Positions 17,855-41,680 of a DNA stretch of 64,000 nt are shown here, piece after piece (within the stretch, counting starts at the first letter, position 1; each line of letters begins with the position of its first letter). The DNA lies in the NCBI RefSeq assembly GCF_009914755.1, contig NC_060930.1. One strand, 5' to 3'. This stretch comes from the human T2T-CHM13v2.0 reference genome, Homo sapiens. Below the pieces are notes generated by a model. It was not told the origin of the DNA and made no database searches. It saw nothing but the letters and a program-made list of their open reading frames with translations. The position numbers and the translations under genes are program-made.

Positions 17855-18511
17855 TGAGAGATGAAGCCACTTGAGCTTCTGGGTCAGATGGTGACTTGGA
17901 GAACTTTTGTGTCTAGCTAAAGGATTGTAAATGCACCAATCAGTGCTCTGTGTCTGGCTAAAGGATTGTAAATGCACTAATCAGCACTCTGTAAAATGCA
18001 CCAATCAGCACTCTGTAAAATGGACCAATCAGCGCTCTGTAAAAATGGACCAATCAGGAGGATGTGGGTGGGGCCAAATTAGGGAATAAAAGCTGGCCAC
18101 CTGAGCCAGCAGTGGCAACCCCCTGGGGTCCTTTTCCATGCTGTGGAAGCTTTGTTCTTTTGCTCTTCACAATAAATCTTGCTGCTGCTCACTCTTTGGG
18201 TCTGCACTACCTTTATGAACTGTAACACTCATCGCAAGGGTCTACGGCTTCATTGCTGAAGTCAACGAGACCATGAATCCACCAAAGGAACAAACAACTC
18301 TGGACGCGCCACCTTTAAGAGCTGTAACACTCACTGCAAAGGTCTGTGGCTTCACTCCTGAAGTCAGCGAGACCACAAACCCACCGGGAGGAACAAACGA
18401 CTCTGGACACACCATCTGTGAGAGCTGTAACACTCACTGCGAGGGTCCGCGGCTTCATTCTTGAAGTCAGCAAGACCAAGAACCCACTGGAAGGATCCAA
18501 TTCCGGACACA
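17855..18511 (+). mobile_element. LTR12 (ERV-9) solo LTR
   Basis: TGAGAG...CCGGACACA ends, tandem ACCAATCAG units, AATAAAA box, U5 repeats gctgtaacactcac; 4-bp TSD (t/c)agc. Confidence 0.92.
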
Positions 18512-18646
18512 CAGCCACTATGGAAAACAGTGTGGAGATTCCTTAAAGAACTAAAAGTAAAACTAATGTTTGATCTAGCAATCCCACTACTGGGTACCTA
18601 CCCAGAGGAAAAGAAGTTATTATATGAAAGAGATACTTGCACATGG

Positions 18647-18951
18647 TTTTTTTTTGTTTTTGTTTTTTTGAGATGGAGTTTCACTCTTGTTTCCCAGGCT
18701 AGAGTGCAGTGGCATGATCTCAGCTCACTGCAACCTCCGCCTCCAGGTTCAACCAATTCTCCTGCCTCAGCCTTCCAGATAGCTGGGATTGCAGGCATGC
18801 ACCATCACACCCAGCTAATTTTTGTAGTTTTAGCAGAGACGGGGCTTCACCATGTGGGCCAGGCCAATTTTGTACTCCTGACCTCAGGTGATCCACCCGG
18901 CTAGGCCTCTCAAAGCACTGGGATTACAGGTGTGAGCTACCATACCTAGCC
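18647..18951 (-). mobile_element. AluS nested in L1PB
   Basis: Antisense dimeric Alu. Confidence 0.9.
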
Positions 18952-19184
18952 CAAACACACGCATGTTTATAGCAGCACAATTTGCATTGCAAAATTGTGG
19001 AACCAACCCAAATGCCCATCAATCAATGAATGGATAAAGAAACTGTAATATATATATATATACTGGAATTACAGGCATGAGCCACCACACCCGGCCCAAG
19101 CACACGCATGTTTATAGAAGCACAATTTGATTGTGGAACCAACCCAAATGCCCATCAATCAATGAGTGGCTAAAGAAACTGTGA

Positions 19185-19522
19185 CATATATATATACATA
19201 TATTCCATCATATATATATATATATATACATCATATATATTCCATCATATATATATTCCATCATATATATACCATCATATATATATTCCATCATATATAT
19301 ACCATCATATATATATTCCATCATATATATATTCCATCATATATATTCCATCATATATACTATCATATATATTCCATCATATATATATTGCATCATATAT
19401 ATTCCATCATATATATAGTATCATATATATTCCATCATATATATATTGCATCATATATATATTCCATCATATACATATATATATTCCATCATATACATAC
19501 ACATATATATATGTATGTATAT
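19185..19522. repeat. (CCATCATATATATATT)-type degenerate minisatellite inside L1PB
   Basis: Repeated ttccatcatatatata units. Confidence 0.9.
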
Positions 19523-19885
19523 GATGGAATTCTACTCAGCCATAAAAAGGAATGAATTAACAGCATTTGCAGTGACCTGGATGAGATTGGAGACTATTAT
19601 TCTAAGTGAAGTAACTCAGGAATGGAAAACCAAACATTGTGTGTTCTCACTGATATGTTAGAGCTAAGCTATGAGGATGCAAAGGCATGAGAATGATGCA
19701 ATGGACTTTGGGGACTTGGGGGGAAGGGTGGGAGGGGAGCGAGGAATAAAAGACTACAAATACGGTGTCGTGTATACTGCTTAGGTGATGGGTGCACCAA
19801 AATCTCACAAATCACCAATAAAGAACTTACATAACAAAATACCACCTCTACCCCAATAATCTATGGAAATTTTTTTTAAAAAAAG

Positions 19886-20143
19886 ATTAAATGAAGTCAT
19901 AAGAGTAGAGCTTGAATCTGATAGGACTGTAGCTCGCTCTCTCTCTCTTTCTCGCTCTCTCTCTCGCTCTCTCTCTCTGTCGTGTGAAGAACACAGCAAA
20001 AAGTTAGCCAGCTTTTTGCACACCAGGAAGAGAGTCCTTGCCAGGTTCTTGGATGTCCAGCATCAAGAACTATGAGAAAATAATTGTCTCTTGTTTAAGC
20101 CACTCAGTCTATGATATTTTGTTATTGCAGCCCAAGCTAAGAC
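19886..20143 (+). mobile_element. MaLR (MLT1A-like) LTR 3' part with CT microsatellite
   Basis: ttgtttaagccactcagtctatg..attttgttattgcagcccaagctaagaca terminus. Confidence 0.65.
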
Positions 20144-20329
20144 AAACACTGTTGACTTCCTGTTGGAAAACTTATTCCATGGAGACAGCTACAACTCCAA
20201 AAGACATGGCTATATATCTGTCACTCCAACCTACATGATATTAATTGAGATATCGTATTTGATATGCTTTAGTTCAGGAGAATCATAAACCCTGGAATCA
20301 ATAGGGACCATAGACAATTTCTAGTCTGG

Positions 20330-21560
<1,231 letters not shown>

Positions 21561-23068
21561 GGGAAGAGTGTAAGTCAGTACTCTTTTGACTGCAAGAGAC
21601 AAAAATTCAACTCAAGTAGCTTAAGCAAAATAAGTAACTAAACAAAAATTGAATACAATAATATTAGTGAACTTTCAGCTCACATAACCAGTAAACCCAA
21701 GGATGGGCTTCAGGCCCAGCTGGACCCAGAGACTCATATAATGCCATGGATGATGCTTCTCTCCATTGCTTGGTTCTTCCTTCCTCGATATACTGGATGA
21801 GGTGGCACCATCTCATAGGTCCTCTACACAGGAGTCCAGAGAAAGGGGAAAACACTTTCCCACAGCCCATATGCTGAGGCTTCAGGACAATTCTCATTGG
21901 CACAAATTGAGTCATAAGCCCATCTCTGAACTTATCATGCATTCAAAAAATAAAAGGAGAACATGACTAGTGTGGGTTGTGAGCCAGTGCAATGGGTCAA
22001 ACTGGGGAAAGGAAGCCACAGAGCACAGAGATAAACAATCTTACCAACCTCTGATGAAGGGAAAAGTAGTTGCTCCCCAAAAGAATAAGTAGGGTACTTT
22101 ATCAGACAGTGGGGATGGCTGCTAGATGATGAGTAACGTTAGTTATTGTAACAAGCAAATCCCAACATTTCTATGTCTGAACACATTAAAATGCTATTTC
22201 CTGCTCACATAATTTTTCTTTTTTGAGACAGTGTCTTGCTGTGTCACCCAGGCTGGAGGGCAGTGACATGATCTCAACTCACTGCAGCTTGGCTCTTCCT
22301 GGCTCAAGCCACACTCCCACCTCAGCCTCCTGAGTAGTCGGGACCACAGGCATGAGCCACCATGCCCAACCACTCACGTAATCTGCGTGTTCTTGATCGG
22401 GAAGCTTTCTTTGAAGCAGTGATTTGAGGAAACGGGTTTCTTCTCTTCTGTATCTGTGCCAGCTTCAACAAGTGGCTTCTAAATTTCTAACAATAAGCCA
22501 GGCATGGTGGCTTATGCCTGTAATACCAGCACTTTGGGAGGCTAAGGCGGGCAGATTGCTTGAGCTGGGGAGTTCGAGACCAGCCTGGGAAACTTGGCAA
22601 AACCCCATCTGTATGTAAAAAATAAGACAAAAATAAAATAAAAAGTTAAAAACAAACAAAAAAATAAAATAGTAGCACTCACTCCTCTCAAGCCAGCAGA
22701 AAGGGGTGAAGAAGATTAAGAAGACACACCCATTTCTTCACCTCTGGTCACATACAGAACTAGCCATGCGGCCCCACTATGTGAAAGGAAGTCTTGCAAA
22801 AGTCATACCTGGCTGGGCAACAGCTCCCAGCAGCCACTCTGCACAATGGGAGGGAAACCTAAGCCTTTGGTGGACAGCAGCCATGTCTCCCACAGGTGCT
22901 GAGCAGACAAGGAGCAGATGTCCATCTCTAGCATCCATCCAGCAGTCCTGCACAGGACGCAGAGTGATCAGCCTGGGCTTACTCCGTGCTTTTCTGGGCT
23001 GGTCTCTCTCACAGTGAAGCTCCATGTTTATGATTCTTGGCCCTAGATGTGTATTAGAATCACTTGTT

Positions 23069-23360
23069 GCCGGGCGTAGTGGCTCATGCCTGTAATCCCA
23101 ACACTTGGGAGGCTGAGATGGGAGGATCACTTGAGCTGAGTTCAAGACCAGCCTGGGCAACACAGATAAACCTCATCTCTACTAACATTAAAAAAAAAAA
23201 AAAAATCAGCTGGGTTTGGTAGCACATCCCTGTAGTCCCACCTACTTGGGAGGGGTGGGCTGAGATGGGAGGATAACTTGAGCCCAAGAGGTTAAGGCTG
23301 CAGTGAGCCCTGATTGTGCCACTGCACTCCAGCGTGGGTGACAGAGCAAGGCCCATATCC
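23069..23360 (+). mobile_element. AluJ
   Basis: Dimeric Alu lacking a tail. Confidence 0.85.
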
Positions 23361-23492
23361 ATGTTCAGACTGATTGAATCAGTCTTTCATGGGTAGAGCC
23401 TGGCATCATTATTTGGGTAAAACTCCTTTGAAGTGGCTCTAATGTGTACCCAGGAATGAGAACCATTTGGCTTAAATAAAAGAAAGACATTT

Positions 23493-23797
<305 letters not shown>

Positions 23798-24158
23798 AAA
23801 AGAAAGACATTTAATAGTTCTCAGTAATAAAGAGAGGAACCAACTGTCTTTTAAAATTGTAGTCTTAAAAATTTGAAGGAAGAAACCCAGTGAATCCCAT
23901 CTTGGGACAGGTGGCCATCACTATACCGGGGACCATAGCAAAAAAAAAAAAAAGAAAAATGTGTCAGACAAAACTACAAATGTTCAGCACGGTGTTCAAA
24001 CACACACTGGGCGTGGCAGCAAGATCAGAGGATGGGAGATGAGAAAGAAGGGGGACTGAAGTCTACACGTTCAAGGAGTTTGTCTCAGAAGGAAACTGCA
24101 AAATAAAGACCATCCCTGACATGTTGACATTGATGCTGAAAGGGAGAGAGAGCCCTGA

Positions 24159-24469
<311 letters not shown>

Positions 24470-24936
24470 GGAAAGCCCTGGAGGAGTGACTCTTGAGACA
24501 GAAGGTTTGACACACTCAAAGTGAGAAAATTGATCATTCAGTATACACCATGCAAAGGCCCGAATCTGGCCCCAAATATCTCATTTTGTCTGAAAAAAAT
24601 GAAAATGTCACTTTTGACACCCCCCAACCAAAATCTCAATTTGTTTACAAGAACCACATAAGGAATCTTATTCCTTAACCATTTGATGGTTGAGTTCCCC
24701 AAAAATAGAAATTAAAGCCACACACTGTCTTTCATCTACCCTCTTTGCAGGGGTACATTCACTTTGGGCTCATCCCAGGCATTCTTACAGAAAAGCTTAA
24801 CCAAATAAAAATAAGCTTTTTAGGGGGTAAAAAACTGTTTTGTAAACAATGATATACTTTGGGACTAAGGAGGAAATGAAAGGATACATTTAAAACATGT
24901 ATATCAAGAAGTAAATAAAAACATCAGTGGAATTAC

Positions 24937-24942
24937 TTTATT
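24937..24942 (-). terminator. Far-distal poly(A) signal candidate (~13.4 kb 3'UTR)
   Basis: AATAAA followed ~20 nt later by U-rich TGTTTTTATTTACTTCTTG. Confidence 0.5.
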
Positions 24943-25084
24943 AAATCAGAAAATTACAGCATTTTTGTACATGAAAAAGCTTTCCCCCTACAACTAATAA
25001 GGTACAAATAAAAGGCGTTCTATCGGAATTATCATGCACTGTGGTGGAAAGAACACTAAGGCAGGAAGTGGGTTCCAGAACTAG

Positions 25085-26210
<1,126 letters not shown>

Positions 26211-26461
26211 AAAATGCTAACAGTAACTAGGAGCTAAAAGATTCATTTGTTTTTTTCCTCCAGGCATCCACTCTGAGCCCCAGTGAAGAATGGTGGCAGC
26301 TGTAAGCACTACCAGCAAGTATACCCTACTGGTTGGAGAACTTTGTTTAAAGGATATAAGTTGTGTGCCTTCTGTAAATGACGATTTAATAATATCAATA
26401 TCCATTTATCCTCTATAATCATAGTCAATACACAGAGAAAACCAAAAAATGCCAGACTTGG

Positions 26462-32618
<6,157 letters not shown>

Positions 32619-33661
32619 AAAATGCCAGAGTTGGCACCTTAAGATCCTCTTTCACAGCAAAGGAGCAGGACTAAAACCAGGCATCTTGACCAATATCCCA
32701 CAGGTGCTCTGGTAAAATCTCCAAGACCAGGACCCAGGTCTTCCAGTACCTAATTCAATGTTCTTTCCATGCCCACACAAAGGCAAGCAGCAGAAGGAGG
32801 AGCAAGCATAAGGCCTTCCCAGTCACCACAGCCATGCTGTCAAACCTCTCTGTGGATATGCTGTGTTAACTTCTGAGCCTTGGGGATACCCATATTTACA
32901 ATATGATAAATACATTAAGTCACATTGTTTAATATTTGGATATGGGCCCAGACGCACAAATGAACAAGAACCTCATGTCCTGGGACTTCATGGAGCACAA
33001 ATTATAGTGGGCAGAGAGGCAAACTTGGAATCACCGTGACGCTGGGCATCGAGACTACTGGGTGCAACAATGGGACACACTGAAAGATGACTAGCATGTC
33101 ACAGGAACTTGAAAGCATTCGTGCTCCTTCCTTTTCACAAACTGAGAAATCTTAAATTTTTTTTAACGTGTCCCAGAAGCATCTTGACAACAGAAGCACT
33201 CTCATTACTGTAAAGCCCACAATGAATAGCAGACAGCATGACTTCACCCTAGACAGGTCATGCCAACTTCACATCCCTTTCCAAATAGTATGCCAGTACT
33301 ATACCAAATAGTATACCACTTTAGGAAGAGTGGTACCAGGTGGTAAGCTCCTATATTCCAATGACCAGAGTAAAATATCACCAGAACTTTATGTAAAATA
33401 CATCTTGTAAAAGTATGATTACTTTATTTTTCAGAGTTAAGGCAATAATCTGTGGTTGGTTAATGTTCTAAGATGTTACAAGAACTTTAAGAGACAGGGT
33501 CTCACACTGTCACCCAGGCTGGAGTGCAGTAGCACAATCATAGCTCACTACAGCTGCAAACTCCTGGGCCTGTGATCCTCCTGCCTTAGCTTCTTAGTAG
33601 CTGGGATGATAGGTGTGAGTAACCACAACCAGCTATTATGAGAAATATATAAAATACTATT

Positions 33662-34785
<1,124 letters not shown>

Positions 34786-34967
34786 TATGCTTTTAGGTTA
34801 TCAGATGATGTTATTACAGATATGACTGGAGATACAGGTCTTGGTCTTAAGAGTAATATTTCAACTACCCATTATTTACTATTCCTTTCCCATGGAAACT
34901 CAGTGAAAATGACAGAAGATTATAGGATTTTTAATGTTTTTGACATGCAAGCATAATGCAGACCTCT

Positions 34968-35149
34968 TTGATGGTTGACAGATTCTTTTATTAACAGTCA
35001 AAAACTTCACACAATTGGAAAATAAATGTTTCTTCAATGAATAATCAAACAAAAATTATCCAGGACCTTATAGGGTTTTCAGTATGTACCAGGCTTGATG
35101 CACATCTTAGAAGACAGGACATTATCTTGCTGGGATCATTAGGGTATGA
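34968..35149 (-). other. SOD2: Non-coding terminal exon / 3' end of the ~4 kb SOD2 mRNA
   Basis: Acceptor ctcactttcag|TCATACCC at 35150/35149; AATAAA at 34992-34987; matching donor GCTGA|gtatgt at 38321/38320. Confidence 0.8.
34987..34992 (-). terminator. Poly(A) signal giving a ~3.4 kb unspliced 3'UTR
   Basis: AATAAA on the minus strand; distance from the stop fits the known ~4 kb SOD2 transcript. Confidence 0.75.
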
Positions 35150-35647
35150 CTGAAAGTGAGAAACAGTAATTTGTAAAACATTTACCTAATAATAGCTTTC
35201 CCAAACAGTACTTCCCCTGGAATTAAAACAGGAAATACAATTTATGTTTATACGTGGTTTTAGATATGACTCAATATACATAGATTTTAACTTTATGGTT
35301 TGGTATTACTTTTTTAAAGGCGCTCAATAGAAATTCAAATCTCACTTTAAGACCATGAATTTCAAGTTGCAATGAAGTGTACAATAAAGTTGTGATTTCT
35401 CAACATCAAAGTTTAATTATTACAAAATAGTTCAAGCAACAGATAGAATTTCAAAAACTGTATTTGCTTTGCTTCCTTGTTTTGCTCCAACACTAATCAT
35501 GCTGAGGTTTTTGAAGCACAGCTATGACTAGGGCAGGCACTGCTGATTCAGTCACAAAAACCCTTCTTGGATGAACAATACTTGTTCTTTTCAGAAGAAA
35601 AGCAATTTTACCTTTTCTATTTCTATTATGAAAAACAGAGCTAAACA

Positions 35648-35777
35648 ATTTTTGTATTTTTAGTAGAGACAGGGTTTCACCACGTTGGCCACGCTGGTCT
35701 TGAACTCCTTCAAGTGTTCTGCCTGCCTTGGCCTCCCAAAGTGCTGGGATTACAGATGTGAGTCACCCCGCCCAGCC
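35648..35777 (-). mobile_element. Alu left arm only (sense in SOD2 mRNA)
   Basis: Left monomer flanked by taaacaat repeats. Confidence 0.88.
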
Positions 35778-36504
35778 CTAAACAATCTTAAAGTCTCCTT
35801 TTCCACCAGATGACTAAAATCTTTAGTTTGTAAATTCCCTTAGTCTCTTAAAATCAATCTATCCAGAAGACAAGAAAGACAAACTTAGTGAAGGAAAGAA
35901 TGCTTCCTCACTCTCTCACCAGAAAGCCAAAGCAAAAATAGAGCCCCACAGAAATTTCAACATTGAACATTTTTTAAATCTTAAAGCTTAGTAGGAATCA
36001 AAAAGCTTTATATAAGTCAGCAGATCTGCAAACCTTGTTAGTTCAATACAAACCATGATCTAGCAGACAACTTATATTCAAAAGCTCATCTTTCAAAAGG
36101 TTCCACCTTGCCCGTCTATTTAAACAGTCACGACCTTCCTTAGAGAGGCAAGCAGTAATCTTACATGACACATAAAAGCTGTTTCACTGTGACACATATA
36201 TAATGAAAAGTAATCAGTCTCCAAAGTTTTTCCAATCCACAAGCATGCATACACACACACACATACACACACCGCTTTGGTACTCTTGTCTCTAATAATT
36301 TTTAAAGCCTACTTTTCTAACTGAATTTTAAAAGTACCTTGAATTTAAATTTTTTTTAAACTTCAGTCTTCAATATTGAAACTGCTAAGTTACCCCATTT
36401 TTCCATGAAAAAAAAATAGAAAAATAAACTTGGGGAAAAAATTAAAAATAAAAAATAAACTTGGGAAAACATTACTAAATAGGTTTAAGAAAAAAGCCTA
36501 TATA

Positions 36505-36812
<308 letters not shown>

Positions 36813-36990
36813 CTATATAAAGAAAATATTCCAATAGGAGATAAACCTATGTACACAGAGTTGCTCACCCCAGCATTATCTGTAGTAACAATTAGAAACA
36901 AATGAAATATTCAAAAACAGTAAATTAGGCAGATGATGAAACAACATGGCAAATGTATGATGCTAAGCCAAATATACAAAAAGATCCCTG

Positions 36991-37785
36991 TGAGACGGAG
37001 CAGGGACCCCTCTTTGGGAGCAGGGGGATTCCCACAAGCACAGAAATAAAGGAGAATCTTGAGTTTCCTTCACCGAAAACTCCAGGCACCCAGCTCGCCC
37101 CGAGAAGGAAACCAGCAAGCTGATAAGCAAGAAGGTCATAACAGTTTCAAACAATAGCCAGGGAAGTTAGAGTCACCTAGAGACATCCTTAACACGTGCC
37201 CCTGAGCTACTTTTCAGAAACCCAGACCCCCACCAAATGGATTCACACAGACGTCAGATAAGGGGGAACACCAGGGACTAAACTCTGACCTCCATTCTTT
37301 GCTCTCAGTTTCTTCCTGAGGGGCCTGGCCAGACCTTAATGTTCCTTTCTGCGGACCCCAAGTTTTTAGACAAAGCTTTGCTTCCTTAACCAATCACAAA
37401 TCAGGGAGTCTTTGAATCCACCATAACCTGTAAGCCCGCCCCCTGCCTACCCCACTTCACCTTTCAGGCCAAACCAATATATAAGCTTCATGTAGTGATT
37501 TACAATTTTGGTATACAGCCATACCACCCTGAAGGCACCCGATCTCGACTGATTTACAATTTTGCCTTTAACTTCTGCTTTCCTGAAATTTACCACTGCC
37601 TTTAAATACTCTAGCTTGTAGGTCATCATGGAGATTGGGTCTCAAGCATGAGCTGCCCAATTCTCCTTGCTTGGCGCCCTGCAAATAAACATCCTCCTTT
37701 CTCCTACTGCAAAAACCACCTTTTTGCAGTTTTGCTGTTGAAGTTTGCCTTTACTGTGCAGGTGAGCAAACCCCAGTTCAGTTCA
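36991..37785 (+). mobile_element. ERV1-class (MER4-group-like) solo LTR inside the SOD2 3'UTR
   Basis: TG...CA ends, 4-bp TSD cctg (36987-36990 / 37786-37789), internal AATAAA near 37684; subfamily not certain. Confidence 0.75.
37511..37553 (+). pseudogene. 5S rRNA 5'-fragment retrocopy (tailless retropseudogene)
   Basis: gtatacagccataccaccctgaaggcacccgatctcgactgat matches 5S nt 1-43 (38/43); 15-bp direct repeat tgatttacaattttg at 37496-37510 and 37550-37564. Confidence 0.88.
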
Positions 37786-38339
37786 CCTGCTACATTTAAA
37801 CAGTATACAGCTCTATTTGCAAAAACTATACAGGAACATTTGACCTAACAAAAACCACTGGGTGACATCTACCAGAAGTATCACTGCAGAGGATTACTCG
37901 ACAAAAAGTGCAATTTTCTATAGAAAGCCGAGTGTTTCCCTTGGGAAAGTGTTAATATTTTATTTTTAAGTAACTGGGGCAAAAGACTAGATTTTCTATA
38001 ACTGCAATAGAATAGGACTAGAAAGGCATCCCTACAAGTCCCCAAAGTATATGGATGGAATATTTTTGATGGTTTTATAAATGACAATTGTAATTTAGCT
38101 CTCTGAAGAAAATGTCCAATCAGATTCAATCACACAAAGCATTTACTATTTTCAATCACTTGCCCAATAACAAAATGTTTAGTAAGAAATTATTCAGAAC
38201 ATTAAGTTGTTTATGAAATAAGTGACTAAGCAACATCAAGAAATGCTACAATAGAGCAGCTTACTGTATTCTGCAGTACTCTATACCACTACAAAAACAG
38301 TCATAAAGAGCTTAACATACTCAGCATAACGATCGTGGT

Positions 38340-38485
38340 TTACTTTTTGCAAGCCATGTATCTTTCAGTTACATTCTCCCAGTTGATTACATTCCAAATA
38401 GCTTTTAGATAATCAGGCCTGACATTTTTATACTGAAGGTAGTAAGCGTGCTCCCACACATCAATCCCCAGCAGTGGAATAAGGC
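38340..38485 (-). CDS. SOD2: SOD2 exon 5 coding part ([48 protein letters not shown])
   Basis: 146 nt, DVWEHAYY Mn/Fe-SOD signature, TAA at 38342-38340; exon total 23+203+117+180+146=669 nt = 222 aa. Confidence 0.99.
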
Positions 38486-39047
38486 CTGTTAGAAAGAAGG
38501 GGAAAACAAACCAACCATCAGTTTCAGTCTAAAACATTGCATCTTCTCAATTTCAACTTTTATTATTCTACTCACACAAAATTACCCTTTGTAACAATCT
38601 CATTCACTTGTTTTTTTATATAAGTAGGAAATCTAGATAAGAATGAATATTCCTATAAAATATTTTTAATTCACTGTTTACAAAGAAAATGTGACAAATA
38701 CTAACAATAAAATAGACTTGGGAAAATTAACAACAGTACTTTAATAGCTATTCTTAAAAATACCAACAAATTAATTCAAGAGCCAATTCCCAGCCTTCCT
38801 CATGGTGGTCTTAGGAGCAGCAGGAAGGGTGGGTTACATCTGTGGGAGCAGGCAAAAGCCCACTGAGAACCTCCTCCAAAGGGTCTGGGCACTCACAGGG
38901 GTTTACGAGGAACCAGCTCTGCTCCCCAAGGCTAATTTTAATCTTTGGGAATACAGAGCAGTTGGAGGACACAGTGTTTTCAGAAATTAAGTGAGGTAAA
39001 TGAAGAATTTAGTTCTATCTGTAAAACATCCATTTAAAAAAACTTTT

Positions 39048-39355
39048 GGTCTGGGCGCAGTGGCTCAGGCCTGTAATCCCAGCACTTTGGGAGGCCGAGG
39101 CAGGCAGATCTCTTGAGGTCAGGCGTTCGAGACCAGCCTGGCCAACATGGTGAAACCCCGCCTCTACTAAAAATACAAAAAATTAGCCTGGCGAGGTGGC
39201 AGGCGCCTGTAATCCCAGCTACTCAGGAAGCTGACGCAGGAGAATTGCTTGAACCTGGGAGGCGGAAGTTGTAGTGAGCCAAGATTGCGCCACTGCACTC
39301 CAGCCTGGGCAACAGAGTGAGACTCCATCACGCACACACAAAAACACTCAAAATA
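39048..39355 (+). mobile_element. AluS in intron 4
   Basis: Dimeric Alu. Confidence 0.9.
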
Positions 39356-40181
39356 AATTATAGCTCTCTCTACAAAAACAATTCTTAACCAGTATGTCTT
39401 GATCAGTTGTGAGGGAGGTCACTAGTAATTTATTATTAATAATTTCAAGTAGCAAAATTTATTAATGATTTTTATAAACAAAAGGCCATGACATTCCCTC
39501 ATTTTCCTTCTAATGTGCTTTCCACAGGGAGAGGAAGGAGTGTAGCTGGGACTCACTTACAAATATCAGCCTTTCTGGTCATGCAGCTCTACAAATAACC
39601 TGACTCTACAGATCGGTGCTTACAAATTTTTTGTGGCTTTTACAAATTGTTATGCCATTTCACTGTCCCAAAAGAGCTGTTCAGATTCTGCCAAAATCTG
39701 GGTCTATCCTGTGAAGTGAGCCACAGATCAAGAGTATTCCAATGTCAGGGGTAGAAGAAGGGGCAGAGAATGACTGTTGTTGATGTGAAGGTATCACTTT
39801 AAGTTCAAAGTCCCAACCCTCTGCCAGACAACTCATGGCTCTATTTCCCATACTCTTCAGTGACATTTTTTAAATCCAATTAGGATCAACAGCAAAGTAT
39901 TTGGTGAGCCCAGCCTGGCACTTCCAAGCCGAATATTTTCATATACTCTACCAAAGAGCCCCAGAAAGGCAGAAGGTCTGGAAACCTGAGATCTAGTCCC
40001 AGTTTAACCTCAAATGCTCAGCAGAGGAGGTAACAGTACAAGCTCTGAAATCAGTCTCTGCTTGTATTTCTTTTCCTCACTCTTGTTCTATAGCTAATTT
40101 TTTTTTTATTTTAGTACATATAATTATCTAAGCTGATATTAATTCTCTGTAGAATGAAGCAGGGTTAATAAGTAAAACATT

Positions 40182-40534
<353 letters not shown>

Positions 40535-40700
40535 TCAGGACTTCTAAAACATTTTTACTTACACAAGACTCTGGGTGTTATCTGTTAAGATTTGCAAATT
40601 ATTACATGTTCTTAAAACACTGTTAGTTTTCCTTATTTCTAGTTGAATGCTTTACAGTAGAGCATCTCTCCCAAATGAAATCACAATTTTTAAATCTAAC

Positions 40701-40880
40701 CTGTTGTTCCTTGCAGTGGATCCTGATTTGGACAAGCAGCAATTTGTAAGTGTCCCCGTTCCTTATTGAAACCAAGCCAACCCCAACCTGAGCCTTGGAC
40801 ACCAACAGATGCAGCCGTCAGCTTCTCCTTAAACTTGTCAAAGGAACCAAAGTCACGTTTGATGGCTTCCAGCAACTCCC
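40701..40880 (-). CDS. SOD2: SOD2 exon 4 ([60 protein letters not shown])
   Basis: 180 nt, acceptor aatag, donor gttag, phase 1-1; GSGWGWL motif. Confidence 0.99.
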
Positions 40881-41063
40881 CTATTAAAAAAAAAATCCAA
40901 AAACACCCACAAATGAACAGATTTCAATAATTACAGTAACATGTTATATTACATGTATTAAAATATTTTTGTCATAGGGCCCAAGAAATTAGACAACATC
41001 AGAATGCGACACCTGGATCTAAGTTTCACAATTTTAATTCACGTTTTTGTTTTTTATAACTTC

Positions 41064-41392
<329 letters not shown>

Positions 41393-41394
41393 CA

Positions 41395-41680
41395 AATTTT
41401 ATTTTAAATTCAGAGGGTACACGCACAGGTTTGTTACACGGGTATCATATGATGCTGAGGTCTGGGGTGCAATTGATGCCATCACCCAGGTAGCGAGCTT
41501 AGTATACAACAGTTTTCACCCCCCCCTTCTTTCTCCCTCCCTGCTCTGTCCTCAGTGTCTGTTGCTGCCATTTTTATATCCATAAGTACTCCATGTTTAG
41601 CTTCCACTTGCAAGTGAGACATGTGGTATTTGGTTTTCTGTTCCTGGGTTAATTCGCTTAGGATAATGGCCTCCAGCTGC
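41395..41680 (-). mobile_element. L1PA15/16-like 3' end in SOD2 intron 3
   Basis: ggtatttggttttctgttcc..gttaattcgcttaggataatggcctccagc motif. Confidence 0.75.
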
